A stretch of 64,000 nt of DNA, taken from NCBI RefSeq assembly GCF_002087085.1, contig NZ_MWQY01000003.1:186001-250000 (forward strand), given 5' to 3'. The notes below the pieces were generated by a model. It saw only the letters and a program-made list of their open reading frames with translations. It searched no databases and was not told where the DNA came from. Of the stretch, positions 1-10,016 are shown one piece after another (the first letter of the stretch is position 1; each line of letters opens with the position of its first letter). A program made the translations under genes and the position numbers.

Positions 1-90
1 GAAATTATTTACCTTTGGTGACCAATATATGACAAAGCCCGAACATGTGTCAATTAACCGGGAAAGGGATATAAAACTGGAAAATATAAT

Positions 91-2070
91 TTATTGTATT
101 GTAAGCAGTTCCTGATAGAGCCCTTCCCTCTGATCGTCTTTCTTCGGTACCGGCGGAGGAGCTTCTCCCGGCATGATCAGAATGTCTCCCTCGTTTATGT
201 AATCAAAGAATCCCAGGGCTTCGATCGTCCCCTCCGCCACGAGATCATCGATACCATCAACGGTAAAACGCCCCACCATATCATCCTCACTGTAGGCGAA
301 TCCGAGACGGTCCCGCAGAAGGCTGACAGCCTCGGGAGGAAAAATAAGAAGCTCGTCTCCCTCCTCGAGGCCGTCGAGGGCACCGATATCAAGCAGTCCG
401 GCATCGAATTCCCGTCGCAGAAGATTGCCCCGCAAGGGCAGTGAAGCGTGAATTCCCCGAACGGCGCGGTCAAGAGCATCGCTAACCCTGTCGTTGCCGG
501 TTCTGTATACCTTCCGTTCTTCCATTCCTGCACCATTGACAGCGAGATACATGTCCGCGTATACAGAAAAACTGCGCCGGGTTTCATCGAAGGAAAGAAG
601 CAGGAAATACTCATCTCCCCGGCCTCTCGCAATACCGAAGGCCTCTGCAAAGGAAGATACCATCCGGGCCCGGAGATCCGTTACGGCGACCCTCTCCATT
701 GAGCTCAGAAAGTCCACAAAAAGATCCGCGGCAATCCTTTCGCCCATATATTTTTCCATGGTTGATTCCGAAGGAATATAGAAAACCCCGAGGCGGTACT
801 CGTTCCGTTCGATTTCGAACTGCCCGAGCCCCCAGGACTGTGCAATCCCGTCCTCCTGAAGACTGCGCTGAATTTCCAGTTCATCCAGGATATCCTCAGA
901 CTGAGTTCCTTCATCAACGATTCCCTCAAGATAGCTGAGATACTTTGCGTAATAACCAAGAGTCTTCCAGACCTCCGCATACCGCATACGGTAACGCGCC
1001 TCCGATGGTTGCAGCTGTACTGCAAGACGATACTCCCGTGCCGCCTTGTCCATGAGAAAACGGGATTCGAACTCGATTCCCCTGTTCAGATGATACTCCG
1101 CCAGAGTCTCCCGCAGCGGGTGATCCCCGGGGGTACTGCGCCTGACCAGGGATTCCAGGGCGTAACGGGTCAGTTCGTCGTCCCGGCGGCTGCGAAACAC
1201 GGAGGTATAACTCCGGATCGCCTCCTCAGGTCGACCTGCCATTTCATATGCCATTCCCAGGGAATAGAGGGTACCGGCATCTGCAGGATCCACTTTAAGG
1301 GCGTTCAGAAGATACTCGATCGCTTCGTCAAACTCATTTTTCAACAGCAGAGCCCGGGCAGCTGTAAGCAATGCAGGCTGATAGTCCGGCTGAAGAGAGA
1401 CGGCGATACGGGCATGATGGAGGGCATCGTCAAAGCGCTCCCGCCTGATATAATGCCGGGCGACAGCTACCTGCACCTCGGGACTGTCTCCATGATACCG
1501 CACCGCCGCGGAGACGTAGGTTTGAGAAGCTTCCTGGCGTTCCAGCTCATCGGAGAGAAGCAGAAGCCCCAGAATAATCCGCTTGTCCCCGGGGACCCGG
1601 GCAAGGGCGTCCTCATAGGTCTGCAGTGCATTACCCACCTCCCCCTGAGCCACGTCCAGTTCAGCCAGCCCCAGCAGGGCTTCCATATTGTTGGGCTCCG
1701 CCTCGATAACCTGGGAAAAAATCTTCCTGGCCTCGTCGAATCTTCCCAGACCCACCAGAATCCTTCCATGGAGCACCTGAAGAGAGGTGCTCCCCCGGCG
1801 CAGTCTGATGGCATCCTGTATATAATGGAGGGCGTCCTGATACTCACCAAGAAAGAAGAATGATTCCGCGAGGCCGATCACGGGGTCGGCATAGACCGGA
1901 TACCTGCGTACAAGCTCGGTATAGGCTTCCACGGCCTGATAGTATTTTCTGTTCTCCTGCAGATTTCTTGCCCGCCTGTAGGCCTCGACCTGAGGGGCCT
2001 CGGCGCCGAGAGGGAACAGGAAGAGAAACAGCAGAATCGCGGAATAAAACCTATTCACCTTTAACATCAC
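91..2070 (-). CDS. Exported tetratricopeptide-repeat protein
   Basis: 659-aa ORF; N-terminal signal-like segment and many TPR-like helical repeats; true start may be a few codons downstream. Confidence 0.75.
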   Translation of the reverse strand: MMLKVNRFYSAILLFLFLFPLGAEAPQVEAYRRARNLQENRKYYQAVEAYTELVRRYPVYADPVIGLAESFFFLGEYQDALHYIQDAIRLRRGSTSLQVLHGRILVGLGRFDEARKIFSQVIEAEPNNMEALLGLAELDVAQGEVGNALQTYEDALARVPGDKRIILGLLLLSDELERQEASQTYVSAAVRYHGDSPEVQVAVARHYIRRERFDDALHHARIAVSLQPDYQPALLTAARALLLKNEFDEAIEYLLNALKVDPADAGTLYSLGMAYEMAGRPEEAIRSYTSVFRSRRDDELTRYALESLVRRSTPGDHPLRETLAEYHLNRGIEFESRFLMDKAAREYRLAVQLQPSEARYRMRYAEVWKTLGYYAKYLSYLEGIVDEGTQSEDILDELEIQRSLQEDGIAQSWGLGQFEIERNEYRLGVFYIPSESTMEKYMGERIAADLFVDFLSSMERVAVTDLRARMVSSFAEAFGIARGRGDEYFLLLSFDETRRSFSVYADMYLAVNGAGMEERKVYRTGNDRVSDALDRAVRGIHASLPLRGNLLRREFDAGLLDIGALDGLEEGDELLIFPPEAVSLLRDRLGFAYSEDDMVGRFTVDGIDDLVAEGTIEALGFFDYINEGDILIMPGEAPPPVPKKDDQREGLYQELLTIQ

Positions 2071-2857
2071 CCTTTGTTTCGCTTTTCCTGTTCTGATCGA
2101 TTATTTTTACCGTCTTTATTTTATGTCCGTCCATCTCCTGGATAATGAAATTCAGGTTCTGGTAGCTGACCTTTTCAAACTTCACGGGGATCTTTCCCAT
2201 CAGATCAAAGACAAATCCCCCCAGGGTGTCGAAATCATCCAGGGGAAGACCGATGCCCGTCTCCTCCTGCAGGTCCTCAAGATTTACCCGGGCGTCACAG
2301 AGAAAAACCCCCTCGCCTATCTCCAGGATATCCTCAACTTCATTATCGAACTCGTCCTGGATCTCTCCAACGATCTCTTCGATTATGTCCTCCATACAGA
2401 CAATGCCTGAAACACCGCCGTATTCATCCACCGCCACGGCGATATGCACGCGGCGGCGTTTGAACTCCTTTAACAGGCTGTCGAGTTTTTTGCTCTCGGG
2501 AACAAAATAGCCTTTTCGGGTCAGAGCACGGACATTTATTTCCTGAGGTTTGAACATGTATTTGAGCAAATCCTTGGCGTAGAGAACCCCGATTACATTG
2601 TCAATCGTCTCTTCATACACCGGGACCCGGGAGTGACCGCAGTCAGTAAGGATTTCCAGCAGTTCCGGAACTCCGGTATCCACTGAAACAAAGACCACGT
2701 CTATTCGGGGAACCATGACCTCCTTGACAGTGGTATCGGAAAGTTCGACGATACCGCGAATCATGTCCTTTTCTTCGATGTTCAATGAGTGATACGACTC
2801 GTCCCCGTCGTCTTTATTCGCCTGAAACAGCTTTTGAAAAAAGGTAGGTTTCTTCAA
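2051..2857 (-). CDS. corC: Hemolysin C / CorC-family CBS-domain protein
   Basis: VKEVMVPR, HSRVPVY, VDEYGG and EDIIEEIVGEI motifs; downstream of ybeY. Confidence 0.85.
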   Translation of the reverse strand: MKKPTFFQKLFQANKDDGDESYHSLNIEEKDMIRGIVELSDTTVKEVMVPRIDVVFVSVDTGVPELLEILTDCGHSRVPVYEETIDNVIGVLYAKDLLKYMFKPQEINVRALTRKGYFVPESKKLDSLLKEFKRRRVHIAVAVDEYGGVSGIVCMEDIIEEIVGEIQDEFDNEVEDILEIGEGVFLCDARVNLEDLQEETGIGLPLDDFDTLGGFVFDLMGKIPVKFEKVSYQNLNFIIQEMDGHKIKTVKIIDQNRKSETKGDVKGE

Positions 2858-3309
2858 CTTTTTTCTTCCCCCATGAGCCGACTAAGTATCTTCTCCTGCA
2901 ACTTCAGCATAGGTTCGCTCTCACTGCTGCTTTCATGATGATGACCCGCAAGATGCAGGACACCATGGATGGACATACGAGAGAGTTCCTCTGTAAAACT
3001 GACACCGTACTCCATCGCCTGCTCCTCGATTCTGTCTACGGCAATCACGATATCTCCCGCAGGGACAGGACCTTCCCCGCCGGATGCGATTTCACTGTCA
3101 CCCTGAGGAAAGGAGAGGACATCGGTAACCTCGTTTTTATTGCGATAGCTCTTGTTCAGATGCTTGATCATCTCTCCGTCGCAGAGAAGTACGGATATCT
3201 CCCAGTTATCGATTTTCAGATAGTCCAGGACTCTGGAAATAAAACCTCGATACTCCTCGATCCAGTCGGGTAATTCAATCCTCTCAAGGGTTATTTCTAT
3301 ACGGTTCAT
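2854..3309 (-). CDS. ybeY: rRNA maturation endoribonuclease YbeY
   Basis: TDVLSFP, GDIVI and HGVLHLAGHHH metal-binding motif. Confidence 0.93.
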   Translation of the reverse strand: MNRIEITLERIELPDWIEEYRGFISRVLDYLKIDNWEISVLLCDGEMIKHLNKSYRNKNEVTDVLSFPQGDSEIASGGEGPVPAGDIVIAVDRIEEQAMEYGVSFTEELSRMSIHGVLHLAGHHHESSSESEPMLKLQEKILSRLMGEEKS

Positions 3310-5528
3310 TGAACAGCCTCTTTTCCTTCTTTCTGTTCAGGATACTCAATCCGGGTATGGAAATGACCCGCCAGAATCTGCACAAAAGTGCGCTTGATCT
3401 TTTCCAGGTCCTTGAAGGTCAGGTCGCAGTTATCAAGCTGATGGTTCTCGAACTTTGACATTATCTGCTTCCAGATAAATTTATCCAGCTTCGCAACCGT
3501 GGGATTCGCCAGAGTCCGGGTAGCCGCCTCGACGGTATCCGCCAGCATGACAACAGCCGCTTCCCGGGATGCGGGGGGAACGCCGTTATATGAGTAATCC
3601 TCCGGCTTGGTACCCCCGTCGGACTTCAGGGCTTCGACGTAAAAATAGTTGATAAGACCGCTGCCGTGGTGCTGGGCCACTATTTCGATTACCTCCTCCG
3701 GGAGTTTCAGTTCCCGGGCCTTCTCTATACCTATCTTAACATGAGATTTAATGACAGCGGCGGAAAGACTGGGTTTCAGCTCGTTATGCTTGTTGTCGTT
3801 ATCCGGCTGGTTCTCCACAAAATATTCGGACTGGTCAATCTTGCCGATGTCATGATAATAGGCTCCTACCCGGGCAAGAAGAGAGTTCGCGCCGATCTCC
3901 CGCGCTGCGGACTCGGCAAGGTTTGCCACGCTGACACTGTGGCTGTAGGTTCCCGGCGCCAGGGTGAGCATCCTGCGGAAAAGGGGCGTATTCAGGTCTG
4001 ACAGTTCTATGAGGCGAAAGGATGTGGGAATATTCAGGATATGCTCGAAAAAAGGCAGTAATCCAATATTCAGTATCGAGCAGAACAGGCTGTTCAGTAC
4101 GGCAAAACCTGCGAGAGACATGAACTGCCCGGGCTGAAGCCGGCCGAGAAAACCGATTACCGCAGCAATGCCGATATGGGCAAGAACCAGATAGAGGGTG
4201 GAACGGACCAGTTCAAAACGTTTGTCCGCCCCAAGGACCACAATAGCTGCGGCAACTCCGGAAAAGAAGGCAAAAACAAGCTCAAAGGGATTTGACCGGT
4301 TGATAAGAAGAAGACTTATGGAGAGAACCAGTCCGAGATTCACCGCGACACGGGGAGAAACAAGAAGAGCAAGCAGCATGGTTACCAGGGCCGTGGGAAA
4401 GAATACTGAAATCGGGAGCCATGACGGAACAGGAGCCAGTTCCGAAATCAGTACCGCGGCAACCAGATAGATAACGGAAACGGATAAGATAAAATATAAC
4501 TGGCTCTCCTTTAGCCGGACACCCGCGTAACGACTGCTGAGAAGCCAGAATGTGAGCAGGTAGAGGGCGATCATGAAAAAACCGATGCCCAGCATGCCCT
4601 GAAGATTGAAACGTGCCGAGGAGTTTCCGATGGCCAGGATCTTCTCCATGTCGTCCTCGGTAACGATAAAACCCTTGCGGACAATACGCTCACCGGGATC
4701 GAGCCGGACCACCACCGGGCTAAGCTCCTGGCGGGCCCGTTCGCGGTTGCGTGCTGTCTGGTCAGGATCGTAAAAGGTGTTTGCTGCGGCGAAAACCTGG
4801 AGAAGATTTGTATAGATGGGTATGAATCCTGCGGAGACCCCCAGGTCGGCAAGGTCCTCCCTGACCCGGTCCTCCAGATTTTCAGTGGTATAAAGCTCCG
4901 AAAGAGGGACTTCCTCGTGTTCCCGGCTGCCGTTCCGCCAGCGCCAGATATCGATGATGGATTCCTTCTGGTCCCACTGATCCGGGAATCGCACCAGGCC
5001 GAAACGAAGAATTCTGCGCAGAAGATCTTCGCAGATTCCAAGATCAAAGGGACTGCGGGCCACCATGAGGATGTCCCTGATCTGATCCGAGGTAAACAGT
5101 CCGGGATACTCAGCCTCGATCTGCAGAATGGCAGTCTCTTCGGGTAAGCGCTGGGAAACGGTACTCTCCACGGTTTCAACAAATCCCCGTAAAAGGGAGA
5201 GACTCCGCTGGGTAATATCCTCTTCCACCTCGAATATGGGCCGGACAAGCTGAACCCTGGCTGCAATCTTCAGGTCCGTTGCTTCCTGATCGATATAAGA
5301 TATTTCGCGGTCCAGGATAAGGTCGTTCTCCGCGACCTTTCCCGCCTCATAATCCGACAATCGGGCCCGGGTAAAGAAACCGCCGGCCTGGGTGCTGATA
5401 AAAAGGAAAACGTAGAGGATCAGAAAACTCGATACTACAAGAAGAAACCTCCGTCTTCGCCGGGGCATGGATGAGGGAAAATAGTTTTCGATACCGGCGG
5501 TAAAGCCGGTTTTAGCCTTGCGTTTCAT
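3306..5528 (-). CDS. 7TM-HD (HDIG) phosphohydrolase, PgpH-like cyclic-di-AMP phosphodiesterase
   Basis: Extracellular domain, multiple TM helices, APGTYSHS and YYHDIGK motifs; conserved phoH-HD-ybeY-corC synteny. Confidence 0.85.
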   Translation of the reverse strand: MKRKAKTGFTAGIENYFPSSMPRRRRRFLLVVSSFLILYVFLFISTQAGGFFTRARLSDYEAGKVAENDLILDREISYIDQEATDLKIAARVQLVRPIFEVEEDITQRSLSLLRGFVETVESTVSQRLPEETAILQIEAEYPGLFTSDQIRDILMVARSPFDLGICEDLLRRILRFGLVRFPDQWDQKESIIDIWRWRNGSREHEEVPLSELYTTENLEDRVREDLADLGVSAGFIPIYTNLLQVFAAANTFYDPDQTARNRERARQELSPVVVRLDPGERIVRKGFIVTEDDMEKILAIGNSSARFNLQGMLGIGFFMIALYLLTFWLLSSRYAGVRLKESQLYFILSVSVIYLVAAVLISELAPVPSWLPISVFFPTALVTMLLALLVSPRVAVNLGLVLSISLLLINRSNPFELVFAFFSGVAAAIVVLGADKRFELVRSTLYLVLAHIGIAAVIGFLGRLQPGQFMSLAGFAVLNSLFCSILNIGLLPFFEHILNIPTSFRLIELSDLNTPLFRRMLTLAPGTYSHSVSVANLAESAAREIGANSLLARVGAYYHDIGKIDQSEYFVENQPDNDNKHNELKPSLSAAVIKSHVKIGIEKARELKLPEEVIEIVAQHHGSGLINYFYVEALKSDGGTKPEDYSYNGVPPASREAAVVMLADTVEAATRTLANPTVAKLDKFIWKQIMSKFENHQLDNCDLTFKDLEKIKRTFVQILAGHFHTRIEYPEQKEGKEAVQ

Positions 5529-6465
5529 AAGCCTGAATTATCTTTTTCACCACCGGATGCCGAACCACATCATGGGCGGTAAAATAGGAAAAAGCGATCT
5601 CATCGATACCGGCAAGCACATTGACCGCGTCGACAAGTCCCGACTTCTTTTTGACGGGAAGATCTATCTGGGTAATATCACCGGTGATTACCGCCTTTGA
5701 TCCTTCCCCCAGCCGCGTAAGGAACATCTTCATCTGCTCCACCGTGGTATTCTGGGCCTCATCGAGGATGATGAAAGCGTTGGAGAGGCTTCTTCCCCTC
5801 ATATATGCCAGGGGAGCGATCTCGATTATGCGGTTTTCCTCAAGACGGCTCACCGTTTCATAGGGCACCAGAATATCCATGGCGTCGTAGAGGGGCCGCA
5901 GATAGGGATTTATCTTCTGAGCGAGATCACCGGGAAGAAAGCCCAGGCTCTCTCCCGCCTCTACAACAGGACGGGTAAGAACGAGCTTTCGCATCCGCTT
6001 GCTCAGAATCTCCTGGAGGGCGTAGGCGATGGCAAGAAAGGTCTTGCCGGTACCCGCAGGCCCTACTCCGAATACAATATCCTTCCCGGTCATGGATTCG
6101 ATATAGGATGCCTGGTTGGTACCCCGGGGGAAAACCTTGGTGGAGCTGCCGGGAACATTAAGAACAGTCCGCCTGAGCAGGGCCAGTTCGGTGTCGTTGC
6201 CCTCGTGCAGGGAACGGTAAATACCGTGGATGAGGTCCCTGTCCGGGGCATGACCGTTCTTCAAATGAGTCTGAAGTTCCCCGATAAGCTCCCGGAAGAC
6301 CCTCTGGTCCTGGGATTTCGGTGAATCCAGAACGAGCTGATTTCCCCTGGTATGGACACGGGAACCCAATACGCCTTCAATATACCGGAGGTTCCGGTCG
6401 TTGACCCCGCAAAGATCATGCAGGATCGTATTATCCTCTAATACTATAGTCACGTCGTCTTTCAC
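5512..6465 (-). CDS. phoH: PhoH-family ATPase
   Basis: GPAGTGKT Walker A, LGFLPG, APLAYMRGR, ILDEAQN. Confidence 0.93.
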   Translation of the reverse strand: MKDDVTIVLEDNTILHDLCGVNDRNLRYIEGVLGSRVHTRGNQLVLDSPKSQDQRVFRELIGELQTHLKNGHAPDRDLIHGIYRSLHEGNDTELALLRRTVLNVPGSSTKVFPRGTNQASYIESMTGKDIVFGVGPAGTGKTFLAIAYALQEILSKRMRKLVLTRPVVEAGESLGFLPGDLAQKINPYLRPLYDAMDILVPYETVSRLEENRIIEIAPLAYMRGRSLSNAFIILDEAQNTTVEQMKMFLTRLGEGSKAVITGDITQIDLPVKKKSGLVDAVNVLAGIDEIAFSYFTAHDVVRHPVVKKIIQAYETQG

Positions 6466-6518
6466 TGCGTCTACGTAGTGTAATGGCGCTCTTCCATTAA
6501 GGTCAAGCGGGAAAGAGC

Positions 6519-9500
6519 TTAAAGGGAAAGATCACCGTCTGAATAGTTGATCTCCTGTTTCAGTTCCGGAATCGGGTTCCACTGCAGATAAATGGAGAAA
6601 TTTGATTCCCATCGGTACACCGGCCGGGTACCCTCATTTTCCTGCTCCGGTTCGCCGGTATATTCGATGGTGAGGTCCCACTGGTCAAGATGATGGACTG
6701 CTTTTAGAGCGATGGACCTGAGATTGAAATTGGAGAGCCGCCGTTCCTCATCATTGAAGAAATTCAGGGAACGGACCAGATCCTCCAGGGGATTTACCGG
6801 TTCTATGCCCGAATCCTCGAGCAGCCAGGGCATGTATCGGAAAACAGAGGTATTCTCTGAATAACTGGAGAACTGAAGATCGATGAACCGAAAAACTTTC
6901 AAGGTAAGGCTCGTTTCAAAAAAGAGGGAGGAGTCAGAAAACCTGTTCAGGTCCTGGGTCAGCCCGGTATCTATGGTAAAACTCATGTTTACCCGCCTTT
7001 TCCAGAAAGGATCGGATAAATAGTCCCGTTTGTAACCGAGGGAAAAGGTACTTGGAATAAACTCCCTTTCTGTCCCCTTATTCCACCCGGTACCGACCTG
7101 GAGGTCGTAGGGATAGAGGTACTCCATGGCATAGCGGGACCAGAAATTCCCGATCCAGCCCTTGAATGCCAGGGTCTGGGGAAGAAAGGTCTGCCGGATT
7201 CCCGAATCATCTTCATCGTTTATGGTGTATTCATAGTTTCCCTGGAGTCCGTACCGGTTATCCGACGTGGCGGCCGTTGCTTCGCTTATTCCCTCCCTGA
7301 GACGGAAGTGTTCAAGGGATTCATTCTCTCCAAACAGGAGACGCTGCCGCAGATAACTGTAGTCATTCAGGTTGATCCTTGCTTCGCTTATCAGATCATC
7401 GGGCTCCCATTCATAGTCGTCGACCTCGGTAGCGCCGCCGGAGAGGTTGAGCACCAGACGATTGAATTCCCCGGTATAGAGGGCATCCACCTGCCCGAGA
7501 AGAGGGGGCAGGACCCAGCTTACATAAACCTTCTGGGGATAGTCCCCGGCATCAAACAGGCTGGTGGAACTCAGCTTCTGTTCCTGAATGGTATTCCGTT
7601 CCCAGGGAAGCACATCATTCCTGAAGCCGTGATCAGCCTCGTACTCCCGGGTAAAAAGGTAATGCCGCAGACTGTATTCCAGGGTCTGATCAACGGGGAC
7701 GGCGGAATGCAGGAACGGACGGTAACTGAGGGTCATAGAATGGGAAAGCCGTTCATAACTGCCGCCCTTGTCACTCTCCACCAGGGAGTCCCAGTTGGGA
7801 ATGGAGGATTCAATATGCCTGGTACGCTGCTTTTCCTGAAAAGTCAGCCCGATGGATTCGTTCAGGGAGAGCAGATTATTCATGTAACTCCCGTCATAGC
7901 GCAGTCTCGCGTCTCCGGAGAAGGTTGTGAGGCTGTAGGCGCTGTCAAAATCCACATCCTCAGGGGACGAATAGAGGGTGGTTCCTCCCTCCTTCCAGCC
8001 GTAGATGTCATAACTGATACCGTGCACCAGGACGGGATTGAAACTGTAGCTCAGGGCATCATTTTTTGCACTATCGGCGTTCAGACGGAGGCTGTAATCG
8101 TCCATCAGACGCGGAGAAAGTACTCCTTCCTCTTCCTCGGTATCGGCGGAATCTTCATCTTCGCTGCTGCGCCAGGGAGGAAGAAGTCCGGAGCTGTCAT
8201 CCCCGGCGCTCCCCTCCCCGGTTCCTCCCCCCCCCTTTTCCGGGAGGAGATTCCCCGCCAGGTTGATACGAAGTTCAGGAAACACAAGACTCTTCGGATA
8301 GGGAAAGTAGATCGAGGAGTATTCGTTCCGCAGATACGAGGGAACAATATCGTACTGGGGTAAAAGGGAATCGAGGTCGGGTTCGGAAGCGGAGATTGTG
8401 CCGTAGGCCCATTCCATGGAGCTGGAAAGCTCCCTGATTCTGAATTCCGTTATCCATGGCCGCAGGCGGGAGGTATCGGCGGAGTAGCTGGAAACCGCCT
8501 CCCAGGTAAAGCTGGAGGGAAGCGTGGTATCCTGGTAGGGGTCCGGATTTTCGGTAATGGCCAGCAGTTCTCCCCAGTCTATGGTCTCCTTGCGATTGTC
8601 GAAGAGCCGGCTGACCCGGGGATCGGAATTAAAGGGTACCGAGAGGGAATAGTCCAGTCCTGCCAGTTCCCCCTCCAGGGAGGAGCGAAGATCAAAACGA
8701 AAGGGAATAAACACCCCGGCAATCCATCCCCCTTCCCATACCGGGACCGGGGAACTCTTGTTTGGATCGTCCCAGGTGTACTGGTACGGAGCATACTGCG
8801 AAACTACCCGGGTGGCTCCGACTCCGGCGAAGAGCTCGAGGGAATCGAGACCGCCGGTGTCGCTGAGAGACAGGTCCAGGGCGCTTACAAGACCCTTTCG
8901 ATTGTAGTAGTCAAGAAGGACCCGAAAATAATCCCCCGATTCCCTCAGCCGCCGTGCCCGCTGGACCTCTTCCCTGGAAGGATTATCCTTGGTCCTCATA
9001 TACAGACCCCGGAGCTCGGTAACCCTGTCGCCCTCTTCCACATCCGTCATCTGCAGAAAAGAGAGGGAGTCCTGATCGCTTTTCGAGGGCATTCCATAGA
9101 GGTACGTTGTTGTCTGAATGAAGGCCCCGTCCACCAGATCGAAGCCAAAGGAGGGATTGACCACCATCTTGTCCCGGAGCTGAAAAAAGAAGGGAAATAC
9201 AAGAACAGGAACCCTGCCGAGGTAAAAGGTCGCGCCATTCATGAGCCACTCACCGGGTTCATAGACCCAGATCTCGTCCGCATCGATCCGGTAGCTGGGA
9301 GGTTCCAGCTGGCTGGAGGTAATCCGGCCGTCCTGCATGAAGATAATCTCGGAGGATGAACGGGCGATGGTATCGCCGTAAAATGTAAAGGTAAGTTCCT
9401 TTTCGTTAACAGTCCGGTTCTGCAGGGTATAGCCTTTCAGAAAACGGCTCTCCCAGCTGCCGAGATTGACCGTCAGGCTTTTACCGTAAAAGGTCTCCTC

Positions 9501-10013
9501 CTGGTTTCCTTCTTCCACCAGGGTATAGCGTACACTTCCCTCTGCACTCAGGTCACCGGTGCTCTGGTTATAGAGCAGCCGATCCGCCTGTATAGTATGC
9601 CTCGTACCCTCCACGGGAGAATAGAGTTCCAGCAGAATGCCGCCGGATATCTCGATATAGCCCTCGTCCCGCGTCTCCAGGGTAAAATACCGGGTCGAGT
9701 CGGCGGAGCGGATAGTGAGGGTCTGTTTTTTCTCAGCCTCCGTCAAATCCGGAATATTCCCGGCTTCGAGCCCGAAGTGAGCATACAGTCGGCGCCTCAG
9801 GGAGTCGATGGTGCCGCGGTGATCAAGGGAAAGGATGCGGCACCAGTCCTGCAGCTGATACAGGTCCGCTGTTGCGATATCGTAGCCGGTGAGTTTCAGA
9901 TAGACCGCAGGATCCAGCATTCCCTGCCCGCCGGTCTGAGCCGTCAGCACCCCTGCAGCGGCAAGAATGAAAACAAGGGTGTATACAGACAGACGAAGCA
10001 GAGGGGATGCCAC
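6519..10013 (-). CDS. LptD/OstA-like outer-membrane assembly protein (spirochaete type)
   Basis: 1164 aa; signal peptide, N-terminal OstA-like beta region (ADRLLYNQSTG, YRIDADEI..PGEW), aromatic-rich beta-barrel-like C-terminus. Confidence 0.65.
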   Translation of the reverse strand: MASPLLRLSVYTLVFILAAAGVLTAQTGGQGMLDPAVYLKLTGYDIATADLYQLQDWCRILSLDHRGTIDSLRRRLYAHFGLEAGNIPDLTEAEKKQTLTIRSADSTRYFTLETRDEGYIEISGGILLELYSPVEGTRHTIQADRLLYNQSTGDLSAEGSVRYTLVEEGNQEETFYGKSLTVNLGSWESRFLKGYTLQNRTVNEKELTFTFYGDTIARSSSEIIFMQDGRITSSQLEPPSYRIDADEIWVYEPGEWLMNGATFYLGRVPVLVFPFFFQLRDKMVVNPSFGFDLVDGAFIQTTTYLYGMPSKSDQDSLSFLQMTDVEEGDRVTELRGLYMRTKDNPSREEVQRARRLRESGDYFRVLLDYYNRKGLVSALDLSLSDTGGLDSLELFAGVGATRVVSQYAPYQYTWDDPNKSSPVPVWEGGWIAGVFIPFRFDLRSSLEGELAGLDYSLSVPFNSDPRVSRLFDNRKETIDWGELLAITENPDPYQDTTLPSSFTWEAVSSYSADTSRLRPWITEFRIRELSSSMEWAYGTISASEPDLDSLLPQYDIVPSYLRNEYSSIYFPYPKSLVFPELRINLAGNLLPEKGGGGTGEGSAGDDSSGLLPPWRSSEDEDSADTEEEEGVLSPRLMDDYSLRLNADSAKNDALSYSFNPVLVHGISYDIYGWKEGGTTLYSSPEDVDFDSAYSLTTFSGDARLRYDGSYMNNLLSLNESIGLTFQEKQRTRHIESSIPNWDSLVESDKGGSYERLSHSMTLSYRPFLHSAVPVDQTLEYSLRHYLFTREYEADHGFRNDVLPWERNTIQEQKLSSTSLFDAGDYPQKVYVSWVLPPLLGQVDALYTGEFNRLVLNLSGGATEVDDYEWEPDDLISEARINLNDYSYLRQRLLFGENESLEHFRLREGISEATAATSDNRYGLQGNYEYTINDEDDSGIRQTFLPQTLAFKGWIGNFWSRYAMEYLYPYDLQVGTGWNKGTEREFIPSTFSLGYKRDYLSDPFWKRRVNMSFTIDTGLTQDLNRFSDSSLFFETSLTLKVFRFIDLQFSSYSENTSVFRYMPWLLEDSGIEPVNPLEDLVRSLNFFNDEERRLSNFNLRSIALKAVHHLDQWDLTIEYTGEPEQENEGTRPVYRWESNFSIYLQWNPIPELKQEINYSDGDLSL

Positions 10014-10016
10014 GTG